A DNA stretch of 64,000 nucleotides from Octopus vulgaris. Lineage: Eukaryota. The stretch lies in assembly GCA_951406725.2 (NCBI GenBank), contig OX597817.1, forward strand, positions 156,860,001-156,924,000, written 5' to 3'. The notes under the pieces are model-generated. The model worked only from the letters and a program-made list of their open reading frames with translations. It was not told where the DNA came from and ran no database searches. The translations under genes and the position numbers were made by a program. Shown here piece after piece: positions 1 through 12,354 of the stretch. Numbering within the stretch: position 1 is the first letter of the stretch; each line of letters begins with the position of its first letter.

Positions 1-210
1 GGTGGACGCACGTAGTTGTCGAGTGGTACCCGCGTGAGCGGAAAAGACCACCCGGAAGACCTCCACGACGATGGAGTGACGATTTCAAGAGGACGATTGG
101 GATCACGTGGATGAGAAAGGCGCGATCCAGAGAGGAGAGGACAGCGTGCTGTGACCAGCAGTGTCAAATGGACGCCTGACGGACTGGTCGGTCAAAGTGA
201 TCAAAGTGAT
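1..210 (+). mobile_element. 3' end of an RTE-clade LINE (ORF C-terminus, short 3' UTR, tandem tail)
   Basis: Frame 3-179 reads WTHVVVEWYPRERKRPPGRPPRRWSDDFKRTIGITWMRKARSREE...*, the W.P...KR..GRP..RW.D...W...A..R RTE C-terminal motif; ends in (TCAAAGTGA)2T. Confidence 0.85.
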
Positions 211-1030
211 AATGAGCTTTTACACACTGAAATTCAAATATATTTACTTAGGCCTTTGTATTGGACAATATTTAACGTAAACTAAAACCATGGGCGTAGC
301 CAAGATTACAACTAGTGGTGGTTTTCCTAATTTATTAAGACTTCCTTTTGTACCCCACCAAAACCACCCTTTTTTTTAAATTAATTTTTTTTTACCTACA
401 CAAATCCCTGTTTTTGGCTTTGGAGAATACGAATCTGCAAAAAAAAATTGGCAAAAATCAGCATATTGAAATTACGCCCCTCCCCTAAATTCTTCATTTA
501 AAATTTTTTTCAGAATTTTTGTTTTTCAAAATATGCGGAAAAATATGGAGATTATGGATTCTGAAAAAACTTTCTTAAAATTTTTGTAAAGTTTTTTTTT
601 TCACAATTTTTTTTTTATTAAAATATGCAGAAAAATATGGAGATTCTGAAAAAGAAATTTCCAAAACTTTTTCTACTTAGGGTTAGGGTTACGGAAAAAA
701 AGCGGAAAATGAAGAAATTGGGGGTGAGAGGAGTAAAGCGGGGTGGAGTGGGGTGGACAAAAAATTTCAAAATTCTGATTTTTGGCAATTTTCCGGAATC
801 TCCGTATCCGAAAACGTGGGTTTTTGGCAAAAAAATTTTTTTTTAAATAAAAATTTGCAAGAAAATGGGAGGGGGGATAGGAGGAAGTCTTTTCAAATCG
901 ACCTACCATTAACCGTTTAATTTGTGAAGAAGCACAAAATTAAAATAAATGTTAGATATATTTAGTGAACCTACATTGAGAGGGTTCAAGTGAGCTTTTA
1001 CTCATGCCGCTGGTTTCAGGTGTGACATTA

Positions 1031-1430
1031 TCTCTCTATATATAAACGGCAGTTTGTCTGTCTGTGTGGCTGTCAGGTTGTACCCTCACCCTGACCACGG
1101 CTTTCAACCGATTCTGATGAAACTTCACACACACATAGCCCAATGTCATAATACAAAACTAACGCAGCGAAAATTTTCAAAAGCTCCCCCAGTTCTGAAA
1201 AAAATTGATAAATTTGACATGGGGTCGAGAATCTAAGCTTTTTATATGCAACACATTGTCTGTCGGGAGACAGCTAGGAACATCGTATACATAGAAGTAT
1301 TCGAGTGAAGAGAAGACATTGCAACCTACACATGCGCCTTCGTTCCCTGGAGGGAAAGAACTAGATTGGGATTAGTCGTTGCCTACTAGGGGCTCTTACA
1401 TACCAGGGCAACGCCGGGCGATGCTGCTAG
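1031..1430 (+). mobile_element. Non-autonomous Helitron carrying the RepHel C-terminal codons
   Basis: A|TC 5' end, CCAGGGCAACGCCGGGC hairpin, CTAG|T 3' end; 1267-1308 encodes ETARNIVYIEVFE*, matching the Helitron helicase terminal T.NIVY.EV motif. Confidence 0.85.
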
Positions 1431-1813
1431 TCGGCTACATAAACTAAGATTAATAATCCTTGATTCGTTGAAGTCGAGAGCTAGTGGGACGATATGATGA
1501 ACAGAAGGAAGGATCTCACCTAGAAGTGAACTGAGAAAATATTGTTTTGGTTTTTTTAAAGAAAAAACTAAATGGTGTGGTAGAGGTCAGCATGGACGTC
1601 ACTTCGACTGTTCGAACACCAACTCTTCCTATCCGATAAAGGAGTTTCTGTGCGTTCGCTCGCTTAGCTAGAAGTGGCAACTAAATCTCCCTCGAAATAC
1701 ACACCACCTTGTTTAAATGTGGCAAATTGGTTAATGGTAATTCATGTAATAATTCGTCCAACAAATTTGATGTCCAAGTCAAAATAAGTAAATAAACAAG
1801 TAGATAAATAAAT

Positions 1814-2224
1814 AGCGCAGGAGTGGCTGTGTGGTAAGTAGCTTGTTTACCAACCACATGGTTCCGGGTTCAGTCCCACTGCGTGGCATCTTGGGCACGT
1901 GTCTTCTACTATAGCCTCGGGCCGACCAAAGCCTTGTGAGTGGATTTGGTAGACGGAAACTGAAAGAAGCCCGTTGTATATATGTATACATATATATATG
2001 TGTGTGTGTGTTTGTGTGTCTGTGTCTGTCCCCCTAGCATTGCTTGACAACCGACGCTGGTGTGTTTATGTCCCCGTTACTTAGCGGTTCGGCAAAAGAG
2101 ATCGATAGAATAAGTACTGGGCTTACAAAAGAATAAGTCCTGGGGTCGAGTTGCTCGATTAAAGGCGGTGCTCCAGCATGGCCGCAGTCAAATGACTGAA
2201 ACAAGTAAAAGAGTAAAGAGTAAA
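1814..2224 (+). mobile_element. tRNA-derived SINE family A (CORE-like), full length
   Basis: Head GCGCAGGAGTGGCTGTGTGGTAAG..GGTTCAGTCCC (A/B-box-like), CTTGGGCA(A/C)GT core-like motif, internal (TA)n(TG)n, AAAGAGT-repeat tail; many copies in window. Confidence 0.85.
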
Positions 2225-2582
2225 TAAAACAGAAGTCAGGAAGGAAAGAAGATGCTTCTAGGGCCCAACATCCTTTATTAAAAATATTTTTTTTGTTTGT
2301 TACAGAAACCCCCGTTTGTGTGGTGATGGGTGGGCGACATAAGAGAAAAGTTTTTGGAAATGCATTAAAAAAATTTTTGGTTTTAAAATGGGGACGGCCC
2401 GATTCTATCGTTCGTTTCCCTTATGATTTCCAAATAACTTTTTAAATACTTCGAAAACAAAATTGGGCGCACATGGCGGAGACGTAACCCACTCGCTCCC
2501 GTACATTAAATAAACCTTCAAGAAGTCTATCCACATGCTAGAAATAACAGCCATTTCTCACACAAACTCCTTTTCGCACATA

Positions 2583-3482
2583 TCTATATATATAAAACTG
2601 TAGTTGTGTGAGTGTCTGTCCCCTTCGATTTAGATTCCTAACTCCTGCCACATTTTGCGGTGCAGTTTAACCAAATTCGGGTATCTTATAGTCGTGATTC
2701 ATATCGAGCCCGTCTGACTATTAGCGCGCGTCAACGATGAGTCTACGATTTTAAAAATAATTTAACATCATTTTTTATTCCATTTTAATGCATAAAATGA
2801 GTCGTATGTCGATGGCGGCGGAGTTGGCGTCCACGCTCACAGCTGCACCTGTTTGCTTCTCCCCCTTCCCTCCCTCGTGAAGCTGTGGGGAAGGGAGTGT
2901 AAAGAAATCAACGTCGTAATGCGTTGTGAAGGAAACCAGCGTTCTTTTAGAACAACGACTTCATGGCTTGAAGACACCAAAACAAAAATGGCTAAGAAAG
3001 CCCGAATTTATAAGGGAAGTAACTCTCTAAAAGCTTATATAGTTATTTCCCTTACAAACCCGAGCAACGCCGGGCGATACTGCTAGTCTATATATATATA
3101 AAAGAGAAGTTGTGTGTCTGTCTCCTACAATTTAGATTCCTAACTACTACCACATTTTGCGGTGCAGTTTAACCAAAACCGGGTATCTTATAGTCGTGAT
3201 TCATATCAAGCTCTTCTGGGTATTAGCGTGCGTCTACGATGAGTCTACGATTTTAAAAAAATTTACCATCATTTTTTCCATTTTAATGCATTTTTTCGCT
3301 ATTATATAAGGGAAGTAACTCTCTAAAAATGTCTATGATGAGTCAACGATTAAAAAAAAAATTTACCATAATTTTTTTTCCATTTTTAATGCATTCTTTT
3401 GCTAATTCTTGGCTATAACTCTAAAAATGCTTATATAGTTATTTCCGTTACAAGCCCGAGCAACGCCGGGCGATACTGCTAG
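2583..3482 (+). mobile_element. Head-to-tail Helitron dimer (2583-3086, 3087-3482)
   Basis: Each unit starts TCTATATAT and ends CCCGAGCAACGCCGGGCGATACTGCTAG; junction CTAG|TC; array flanked by A and T. Confidence 0.9.
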
Positions 3483-4347
3483 TTTTTTGATAAAACTTTT
3501 TACATATATGCTTCATATGGCCTAGAAGTCGATTGGGGATGAGTTTCGACAAAAACTCCACACTGGCCGGCTTTGTTTCTTGGCAATAAAATTTCAGAGA
3601 ACTTTCCCGCGGTAAAAAGAAGTATCATAAAAAGTTAAAATAAGAAGTTATTGCCAGGAACTTGGGCTCCTAGCCAAACAAATGCATTGCCTATCTTGTA
3701 AATCTATACTGAGCCAAATTTACAAAGTGAAGCAGGCCGGAAGATCTCACTCAGAGCGCAGGTTTCAGTGCAACAAGAAAGGTTGTAAGAAGTCGGCGAA
3801 AAACCAAATTCCACTTCGGAAAGGAATTTGGTTTGGCCATAGCAATTTGTTTGGTAAAAAGTTAGGCGATGTTACGAGAACCGTAGCATCGCCAAAAGTT
3901 AAAATAAAGTGTTCATTTTTTTGTTTGTTTTACAACTAAATGTGTTGAAAATTTCCTAAGTGTTTTTTTTGTACCTACAAAATGAAACTTGAAAGGGTAT
4001 TTACAAAAAATGAGTACCAAAATAACACCCAAATCTCCAACAAACTCTCTTGACACCCACCCACACACATCTGTATGTGATGCTCATACAACATGAATTC
4101 GTTGGAAATATCAAAGAAATTTCATGTTACATACCGTTGGAATTTACGGGGAATAAATCTCAGAATTATGTTTTCAAAATTGTATTTCAGGATCCTTGTA
4201 TTCCATTTTGAAATTTCGCGCGGTGACAGAAAATGAAACCATATAAGTGCGCATGCTCAATACCCGAAAGGAAAATCAGTTGACCCCCACTCCCCAATAT
4301 TAATACTTTCCTGTAACTTTCTACTACACAGTATTCGTGGTAAAAAA

Positions 4348-4567
4348 GGCGGCGAGCTGGCAGAAACGTTAGCACGCCGGGCGAAATGCTTAGCAGTATT
4401 TCGTCTGCCGCTATGTTCTGAGTTCAAATTCCGCCGAGGTCGACTTTACCTTTCATCGATTAAATAAGTACCAGTTACACACTGGGTCGGTATAATCGAC
4501 TTAATCCGTTTGTCTGTCCTTGTTTGTTCTCTCTGTGTTTAGCCCCTTGTGGGTAGTAAAGAAATAA
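4348..4567 (+). mobile_element. SINE family B monomer
   Basis: GGCGGCGAGCTGGCAGAAACGTTAGC head, GAGTTCAAATTCC B-box, TAAAGAAATA tail; imperfect TSD GTATTCGTGGTAAAA / GTATTTGCGGTAAAA. Confidence 0.8.
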
Positions 4568-5511
4568 GTATTTGCGGTAAAATAACGAAAAAAAATGTGA
4601 TCGATCAGATACCAGAGAATCTCGACTGCTCCGCCTATACTACACCTGTGCGCCTAAAGCTTCGAAATTGGCGGTATTTTATTATCGCAAATGTGCGATA
4701 TTTTATTATCGCAAATGTGCAAAACAAAAAAAAACCCAAAAGGATCACCACCTGTGGCCCCACAAATGTTCGTCAACAGTAATGAATGAAAATTTTGGAT
4801 CTTAAAATTCTTAAAATTAAACTACGTTTAAGTTACGAATTACAATTTTGTTTTTAATTTTGTTTACAATAATGTTTTCTTTTGACACATTCTACCAGTA
4901 TACGAAGTTTCAAATTTTTTAGTTAACAAGGAAAATCTGGCATTCAAAAAGAAAAGATCCAAAATCTTGACTGTCTACACAGAACTTTGACAAGAAACCC
5001 AATCAGAAGGTGCGAGTAGAAAAATGAAAATTCTCCTGCTTATATTACACCATCAGCGAGCCTGAAACAACGGAAGTGGTGATATTTCATTGCTTCATAT
5101 GTACAGAATGCTCAAGCTACCACAAAAAGACTATTTGACCCCTAGTTAGGGGTCTGTCAATTATGTACCGAGCAGACTTATACGCTAGAGACAAACGTTA
5201 GACTAGATCAAGATTCTTTTAAAGTGAGAAAGAGCAGCGCCCGCACTGGACACCGTCTTTCTTTCTCACACAATATGTCTTATAGATGGTCAAGGTGATG
5301 TGTAGTGTGACCGTCTGATAACGGCTAATTTCTCAGGAAATCGTGCAGGTTGCCAATACGTTTTCAGTTTCTGAATACAGTTAGCTCCAATCTCAAATAA
5401 TCTTAATCCTAGCTAAATGAAGAGCTAGAAGCTAGACTATTGGAAACAGGAGTTAAGTGTGTGTGTGTGTGTGTGCGTGCGTGCGCGTGTGTGTGTGCGT
5501 GCGTGCGCATA

Positions 5512-6843
5512 TCTATATATATAAAACTCTAGTTGTGTGAGTGTCTGTCCCCTTCGATTTAGATTCCTAACTCCTCCCATATTTTGCGGTGCAGTTTAAC
5601 CAAAAGGGGTATCTTATAGTCGTGATTCATATCGAGCCCTTCTGGGTATTAGCGCGCGTCTATGATGAGTCTACGATTTTAAAAATAATTTAACATTATT
5701 TTTTATTCCATTTTAATGCATAATTTTTCGTGTGTCGATGGCAGCGGAGTTGGCATCCATGGTCACACCTGCACCTGTTTGCTTCTCCCTCTTCTTCCCT
5801 CCCTCGTGAAGCTGTGGGGAAGGGAGTGTAAGGAAATCAACGTCGTAAAGCGTTGTCAAGGAGACCAGCGTTCTTTTAGAACAACGACTTCATGGCTTGA
5901 AGACACCAAAACAGAAATGGCTAAGAAAGCCCGAATTGGCATCTATAAGGAAAGTAACTCTCTAAAAATGCTTATATAGTTATTTCCCTTACAAACCCGA
6001 GCAACGCCGGGCGATACTGCTAGTCTATATATATAAAAGTGAAGTTGTGTGCGTGTCTGTCTCCTACGATTTAGATTCCTAACTACTCCCAAATTTTGCG
6101 GTGCAGTTTAACCAAATTCGGGTATCTTATAGTTGTGATTCATATCGAGCCCATCTGGGTATTAGCGCGCATCTACGATGAGTCTACGATTTTAAAAATA
6201 ATTTAACATCATTTTTTATTCCATTTTAATGCATAATTTTTTGTGTGTCGATGGTGGCGGAGTTGGCGTCCATGGTCACACCTGCACCTGTTTGCTTCTC
6301 CTCGTGAAGCTGTGGGGAAGGGAGTGTAAGGAAATCAACGTCGTAAAGCGTTGTCAAGGAGACCAGCGTTCTTTTAGAACAACGACTTCATGGCTTGAAG
6401 ACACTGAGTCAACGATTTAAAAAAAAATTACCATCACTTTTTATTCCATTTTTAATGCATTTTTTTGCTATAACTCTATAAAAATGCTTATATAGTTATT
6501 TCCCTTACAAACCCGAGCAACGCCGGCCGATACTGCTAGTCTTTATATATAAAACTGTAGTTGTGTGAGTGTCTGTCTCCTACGATTTAGATTCCTAACT
6601 ACTCCCACATTTTGCGGTGCAGTTTAACCAAAAGCGGGTATCTTATAGTCGTGATTCATATCAAGCCCTTCTGGGTATTAGCGTGCGTCTACGATGAGTC
6701 TACGATTTAAAAAAAGATTTACCATCATTTTCTCCCATTTTTAATGCAGTTTTTTTGCTATTATATAAGGGAAGTAACTCTCTAAAAATGCTTATATACT
6801 TATTTCCCTTACAAACCCGAGCAACGCCGGGCGATACTGCTAG
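5512..6843 (+). mobile_element. Head-to-tail Helitron trimer (5512-6023, 6024-6539, 6540-6843)
   Basis: Same family as 2583-3482; TC starts, hairpin plus CTAG ends, two CTAG|TC junctions. Confidence 0.9.
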
Positions 6844-7109
6844 TCATTTAATAAAAGAATGGAAAAAGAATAAGTATTACGTAATCACGTTAGCTTACAG
6901 CTATTTCTACTATAAGTAAGCATGCACCTAGAAGTGAATGCCAGGGCAACATTTTATTGCTTCTTGAGAGTCTTTTGAATAAAATGTTTTTTTTTGTGGA
7001 ACATAATTACACGTCTCCTGTTCTTTTGTCAATCATTTCTTCATTGATATTACACTTTGTACTGAACTGCTGGTTTACTGCATAAAGACAATATAAGTAT
7101 AGTAAATTG

Positions 7110-7537
7110 GGATCTTTTCGGTTTGATCGGCAGTTTTTTCTAGCGGTGTCATTTGAAATTGTCACCCATAATTATGACCCTAGTATCGATCTATTGCATT
7201 TCAATCTGTTTTAGGGTTAGGGTTATGGTTAGGGGTGGAGGAAGGGTATCTTTTTTTTCTTCACAAATGTAAATAACCCCAATCTGTTTCTTAAACAAGG
7301 GACATATTCATATGGCACAGAATTTTTTTTTTTACCTCAATAGACATCATTGATTGGTTGAAATTGCAGAAATTGAATAAAAAACAACAACAAATATCTT
7401 ACAAAGTATAGAATTTTCTCAATAAAGCTAAGAGAAAAAGATGTTTTATAAACACATTCTACCAGTATACGAAGTTTAAAAGTGTTTAGTTACGTGGAAA
7501 TTATTTTAAAAAACTGCTGTTCAAACCGAAAAGATCC
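7110..7537. mobile_element. MITE with ~29-bp GGATCTTTTCGGTTTGA TIRs (Merlin-like), carrying TTAGGG repeats
   Basis: TIRs at both ends; 8-bp TSD GTAAATTG/ATAAATTG; three more copies in window. Confidence 0.85.
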
Positions 7538-7642
7538 ATAAATTGTATTCTAATAACTTATTAGTATCGCTATGGCAAAGAGGAATCATATTACACACAC
7601 AACGCACACACATGCACATGCGTGCGCGCGCGTGCGTGTGTG

Positions 7643-7788
7643 TGAAAGCACGCGGCCTAATGGTTAGGAGTGTTGCAATCGCCATCGTCAGATCGTGATT
7701 TCGATTCCCAGACCCACTGTACGTTGTGTTCTTGAGCAAAACACTTCATTTCACTTCATTCTCTTATTGCTCCAGTCCACTCAGCTGT
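7643..7788 (+). mobile_element. SINE family D head, 3'-truncated
   Basis: GGCCTAATGGTTAGG..TTTCGATTCCC, then GTGTTCTTGAGCAAAACACTT core-like motif; homologous to 20620-20863 and 38238-38552. Confidence 0.7.
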
Positions 7789-8593
7789 ATGTATGCCTGC
7801 ATGTATGTATGTATGTATGTATGTATATATGTATGTATGTATGCATGCATGCATGCATGCATGTATGTATGTATGTATGTACATATGTATAAGATAATGA
7901 ACACCGAAAGAAGACAGAGGGACCACTCTGAACAAATGCATTAGTTAAACACTTACAAAGAAGTGAAAGCACCCCGATGTTTCTTTCGGACGATAGTCTT
8001 CCATCAAATTAATGTAAAAGAATGAGAAAAGATGGGTAGAAAAAAGGTGGGAATAAGGTTGTTTGTAGGGAGTTAGGATGGGAGGATGATGAGGCAGGAG
8101 TGGAGAGTGCAGGCTTAGAAGGCCATCCGTGTACAGAGACAGACATAGGAGTATATGAAAAAAGATGTGGATTTAGATCCTAAAGAGTTAAATTGGTAAC
8201 AGTGATTCGAATCCTAATTAATCAAATGTCTAAATCATACTACAGATACAGAATTTGCCCAAGCGGGAACCTTAATATAGACGCTTGATCTACTAGAATA
8301 GCAGCTTGATCTACTAGAAAATCTCCCTTATTCACACCCTACTATCTTAAAGAAGGACACTGAATAACGTAGTCAATGGTACTCTAATTCCGAAAATGAG
8401 AAGGTGGATGGTTAATGGTCAAAGCTTGAATGTCTTTTATTATACCTCTGTGTGATTAGAGCCAGCACATTTGGGTTCTAAGCAATAACGAAAGACACAG
8501 AACTGTGTAATTTAATGTCTCAAAGGAGAATCACTGATAACAAATATATCGAGCCAACGCGGGAGCTTTCTGGTATACGATATATTAGACATA

Positions 8594-9354
8594 GCGGTGA
8601 CCTGGCAGAAATGTTAGCACGCCGGATGAAATGCTTAGTAGTATTTCGTCTGCCGCTACGTTCTGAGTTCAAATTCTGCCGAGGTCGATTTTGTCTTTCA
8701 TCCTTTTGGGGTCGATAAATTAAGTACCAGTTACGCACTGGGGTCGATGTAATTGACTTAATCTGTTTGTCTGTCCTTGTTTGTCCTCTCTGTGTGTAGC
8801 CCCTTGTGGGTAGTAAAGAAATAGAAATAGGTATTTCGTCTGTCATTACGTTCTGAGTTCAAATTCCGCCGAGGTCAACTTTGCCTTTCACCCTTTCGGG
8901 GTCGATAAATTAAGTACCAGTTACGCACTTGGGTCGATGTAATCGACTTAATCCGTGTGTCTGTTCTTGTTTGTCGTCTCTGTGTTTAGCCCCTTCTGGG
9001 CAATAAAGAAATAGGTATTTTGTCTGCCTTTACACTCTGAGTTCAAATTCCGCCGAGGTCGACTTTGTCTTTCATCCTCTCGGATGAAGTACCAGTTGCG
9101 TACTGGGGACGATCTAATCGACTGGCCCTCCTTCCCCAAAATTTCGGGTCTTGTGCCTAGAGTGGAAAAGATATTAGACATAGCGACAAGCTGGCAGAAA
9201 CGCTAGCACACCGGGCGAAATGCTTAGTGGTATTTCGTCTGCCTTTACATTCTGAGTTCAAATTCCGCCGAGGTCAACTTTGTCTTTCATCCTTTCAGAT
9301 CGACTGGCCCCCTCCCCCAAAATTTCGGGTCTTCTGCCTGGAGTAGAAACGGAT
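8594..9354 (+). mobile_element. SINE family B multimer (trimer plus monomer)
   Basis: Units restart at GGTATTT(C/T)GTCTG (~8830, ~9013); new head at ~9183; target sequence ATAT(T/A)AGACATAGC at 8582, 9171 and 9355. Confidence 0.85.
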
Positions 9355-9471
9355 ATATAAGACATAGCAGTCATTTGACATCTTACTGTGTTAATAAAAG
9401 GAAGGACACATTGGTTAAACAACAGCAGGCAATAAATTCTACTGACTAGATGTATAAGAAGAACAAGACAC

Positions 9472-9880
9472 AATAGCAACAACGACGATAGCAACAGCAA
9501 TAACAAACCAGCACCAGCACCAGCACCACCACCACCACCACCACCACAAGCACCACCATCACCACCATCACCAGCACCACCATCAGCACCACCATCACCA
9601 CCAGCAGCACCACCATCAGCGCCACCATCATCACCATCACCAGCACCAGCACCAGCACCAACAGCAACACCACCACCAGCCCCAGCACCAGCAGCACCAC
9701 CACCACCACCACCATCAGCGCCACAAGCACCACCATCACCACCATCACCAGCACCAGCACCACCACCACAACCACAACCACCACCACCACCACCACCACC
9801 ACCACCACCACCACCACCACCACAACCACCACCACCACCACCACCAGTATCAACAACAACAACAACAACAACAACAACAT
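9472..9880. repeat. Compound (CAA/CAC/CAG/CAT)n trinucleotide microsatellite
   Basis: Direct reading; explains the poly-V/L ORF 9446-9886. Confidence 0.95.
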
Positions 9881-10705
9881 GAGCAAAATCTATATAACTA
9901 ACATTTCACTACCGCAAGGTAGGAGGGATTGATTTTGTAATTGCAAATATTGGCACAATGTAAATATGATAATTTCTGTGCTGACTTCAAGTATATTGAT
10001 TTCTTTGTAAGAATGTACTTATTCCTATTAGATCGATTATTGTTCACCCCCGGTATATTTGTGTCAAGGTGGCAAATTGACAGAGTCGTTGGAGCATTGG
10101 ATAGAATGATATGCAGTTTTTGTTCCGTCTCTCTAAGCTCTGAGTTCAAATCTTACCTATGTCAGTCAATTTTGCCTTTCTTCCTTTTTAGGAGCTCATT
10201 AAAAAACAAAAATACACGAACGTCAATCCAGGGCTGTGTATTGGCAGTCGGGTAGCCAGACGAGGCGTCAGTCGGGTAGCCGGACGAGGCGGCAGTCTTC
10301 CCCTGTTGACATTTTAAAGGCAGTAGCACTTTTGGGTCTGCTGTATAAGACTGTATAGATTTTGGGACTCGGTAAGGAGTGGGGGAGGCGGCAAACGCAA
10401 GGTCTTTCTTGGACAACACATATCCTAACCTCGTCACGAAGTCGGATATAATACAATGCAGTATTTGATCCGCCTGATGCCTTAATAGCAGTATTTACTG
10501 ATCTCGGAAGGATGAAAGATCAAATTGATCTTACTGGGATTTGAATTCAGAGAGTAGGGATGGAACAAAATTCCATGAGGTATGCTATCCAATGCTCTTA
10601 CGATTGTGGCAACTCGTAGCTTTTTTTTTTATATAAAAGGGCATTATGTATAAGGAGAATTAGACAGGTGGATTGGGGTAACAGACAGAGCGTCGCATTT
10701 GGTTA

Positions 10706-10868
10706 CGAGGGAGTGCTGAAAAGTTCCTGGCTTTAAGGGTCTCGCAAAAGGTTTGGTAGATGGCTCAACCATCCGAGTTCTTTTACAGGGCTTAGAAAAA
10801 CCGAAGGACCGCTGCAATAAGTGTGTGATTCTGAGAGGGAAAACTAGGAACTTTTCAACAACCTCTCG
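10706..10868. mobile_element. Mariner-type MITE
   Basis: TA|CGAGGGAGTGCTGAAAAGTTCCT ... AGGAACTTTTCAACAACCTCTCG TIRs; related copy at 27717-27918. Confidence 0.7.
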
Positions 10869-11289
10869 TTGTTTTGCTTTTTAATTTTACAACATACCAG
10901 GTGGATTAAATTAACTATCCGTCTTTCAACCCAATGTGTAGATCTTGTGCCTATGTTGGTCGTTAGTTACAAATCATTTTCTTTTATCTTTTACTTGTTT
11001 CATGCATTGGATTGCGGCCAGTGCGGGTGGGGATGGGGACATAAACAAAGACAAAGACACAGACATATATACGTATATACCTGTAGTGGATCTTGCATGT
11101 ATGAAGTGGATTCGATCCATCACAGCCAATTAACACTGCAACAGAACTTTTTCTCGAGGTGGAACAATGTTTTTTTTCTGACAGCAGTTTTACATTTTCC
11201 AGATGCCTTTAGCTAGGCCGAAATAATGTCTTCACCACTTGACCCTTTCTAACCTCTTCTACTTCACCAAAAGCTATAATAGAGATAAC

Positions 11290-11680
11290 AAGACTACCAA
11301 CTAAATCTATTGTTCGCAATGATATATTTATCCTTCTGGATAGTTATAAAAGCAAGAATACCTCAAGCAAAAATCAGTCGGTGACGACTCAACGAGTTAG
11401 CCACTTCGGTGACAACGAAGTCTGGCTGACCAACCTTGGTCAGAGGGAGAAATGAAGTTTACTGTCAGCAACTGTGAGATAACGTCCCACACCCTACAAC
11501 TCTCACTAGCTCCAATTCTGTTCTCTTACAACATCATTCTATCTCTCTCTGTATTTACTACTAAACAATGAAGAGGACACAAACACAAACTTTACTTTGT
11601 ATGCTTTTGGATTCATCAGAACCTGCCCGTCAAGGCAAGGTATTGTAACGTAACAGTAAATAAATACTTTCTTAAAACTT
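11290..11680 (+). repeat. Interspersed repeat, possibly a solo LTR
   Basis: 5' part matches 23699-23836; 3' part matches ~31408-31570; contains TATAAAA and AATAAA. No clear TSD. Confidence 0.5.
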
Positions 11681-12354
11681 TAAAAAAATAAATAAATAAA
11701 TAAAAACTTTATGAACGCAAATCCTTTTCACTACATAACTTATATGACGGGCTTCCACACAGTTTCCGTCCACCAAATTCAGTCACAAGGTATAGGTCAG
11801 CCCAGGGCTATAGTGGAATACACTTGCCCTGGAACTGAACCCAAAACCACGTTGTTGCAAAGTTAGCTTTTTTAACCACAAAAAAAATCTTCATGTGAGC
11901 TTTTTAACACAAAAAAAAAATCGGTTAAAAAACAGACAGTAACAATGATGACTAAATAAAATTCGTTTAAAGGCAATATTTTAGATTTTTATCTTTGATT
12001 TTGTTTGTTAAGGTAATAAACCTGGCGTCGCCACTACCGTCTCAGAAACTGGACACCTAGTTATCGATATTCTATAATACTTTGGGGGTATTTTCACACA
12101 GAAATTCATACTGCCAAAACCTTATATCTAAATGACATGCATTTTCTGGTGCGAACGTCCACCAATAACTAGAGCAATCCAACATCTCAAGGATTGTTGT
12201 CTCATCTCTCCCCTTCTCGTCACCTGTGTTGCTCCCAGATTTCCGTCCCCGACTCCACACTAATCCCGATAGTCAGTCCTTCCTCTCTGGAACATAGGTA
12301 TTCTGTATCTTTACCTTAATTATGTCTTTCCTGTAGGCATTTACCTGCAACAGT

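Noticed and set aside
677-690. Telomere or chromosome-fusion site
   Set aside because: Only about two TTAGGG units, within a transposon-like relic.
2735-2750. CGATGAGTC in Helitron units as a hammerhead core
   Set aside because: Lacks CUGA, GAAA and flanking stems.
9446-9886. Poly-Val/Leu membrane protein ORF, and all YI/CV/HT/LSIY-repeat ORFs in the track
   Set aside because: Translations of microsatellites.
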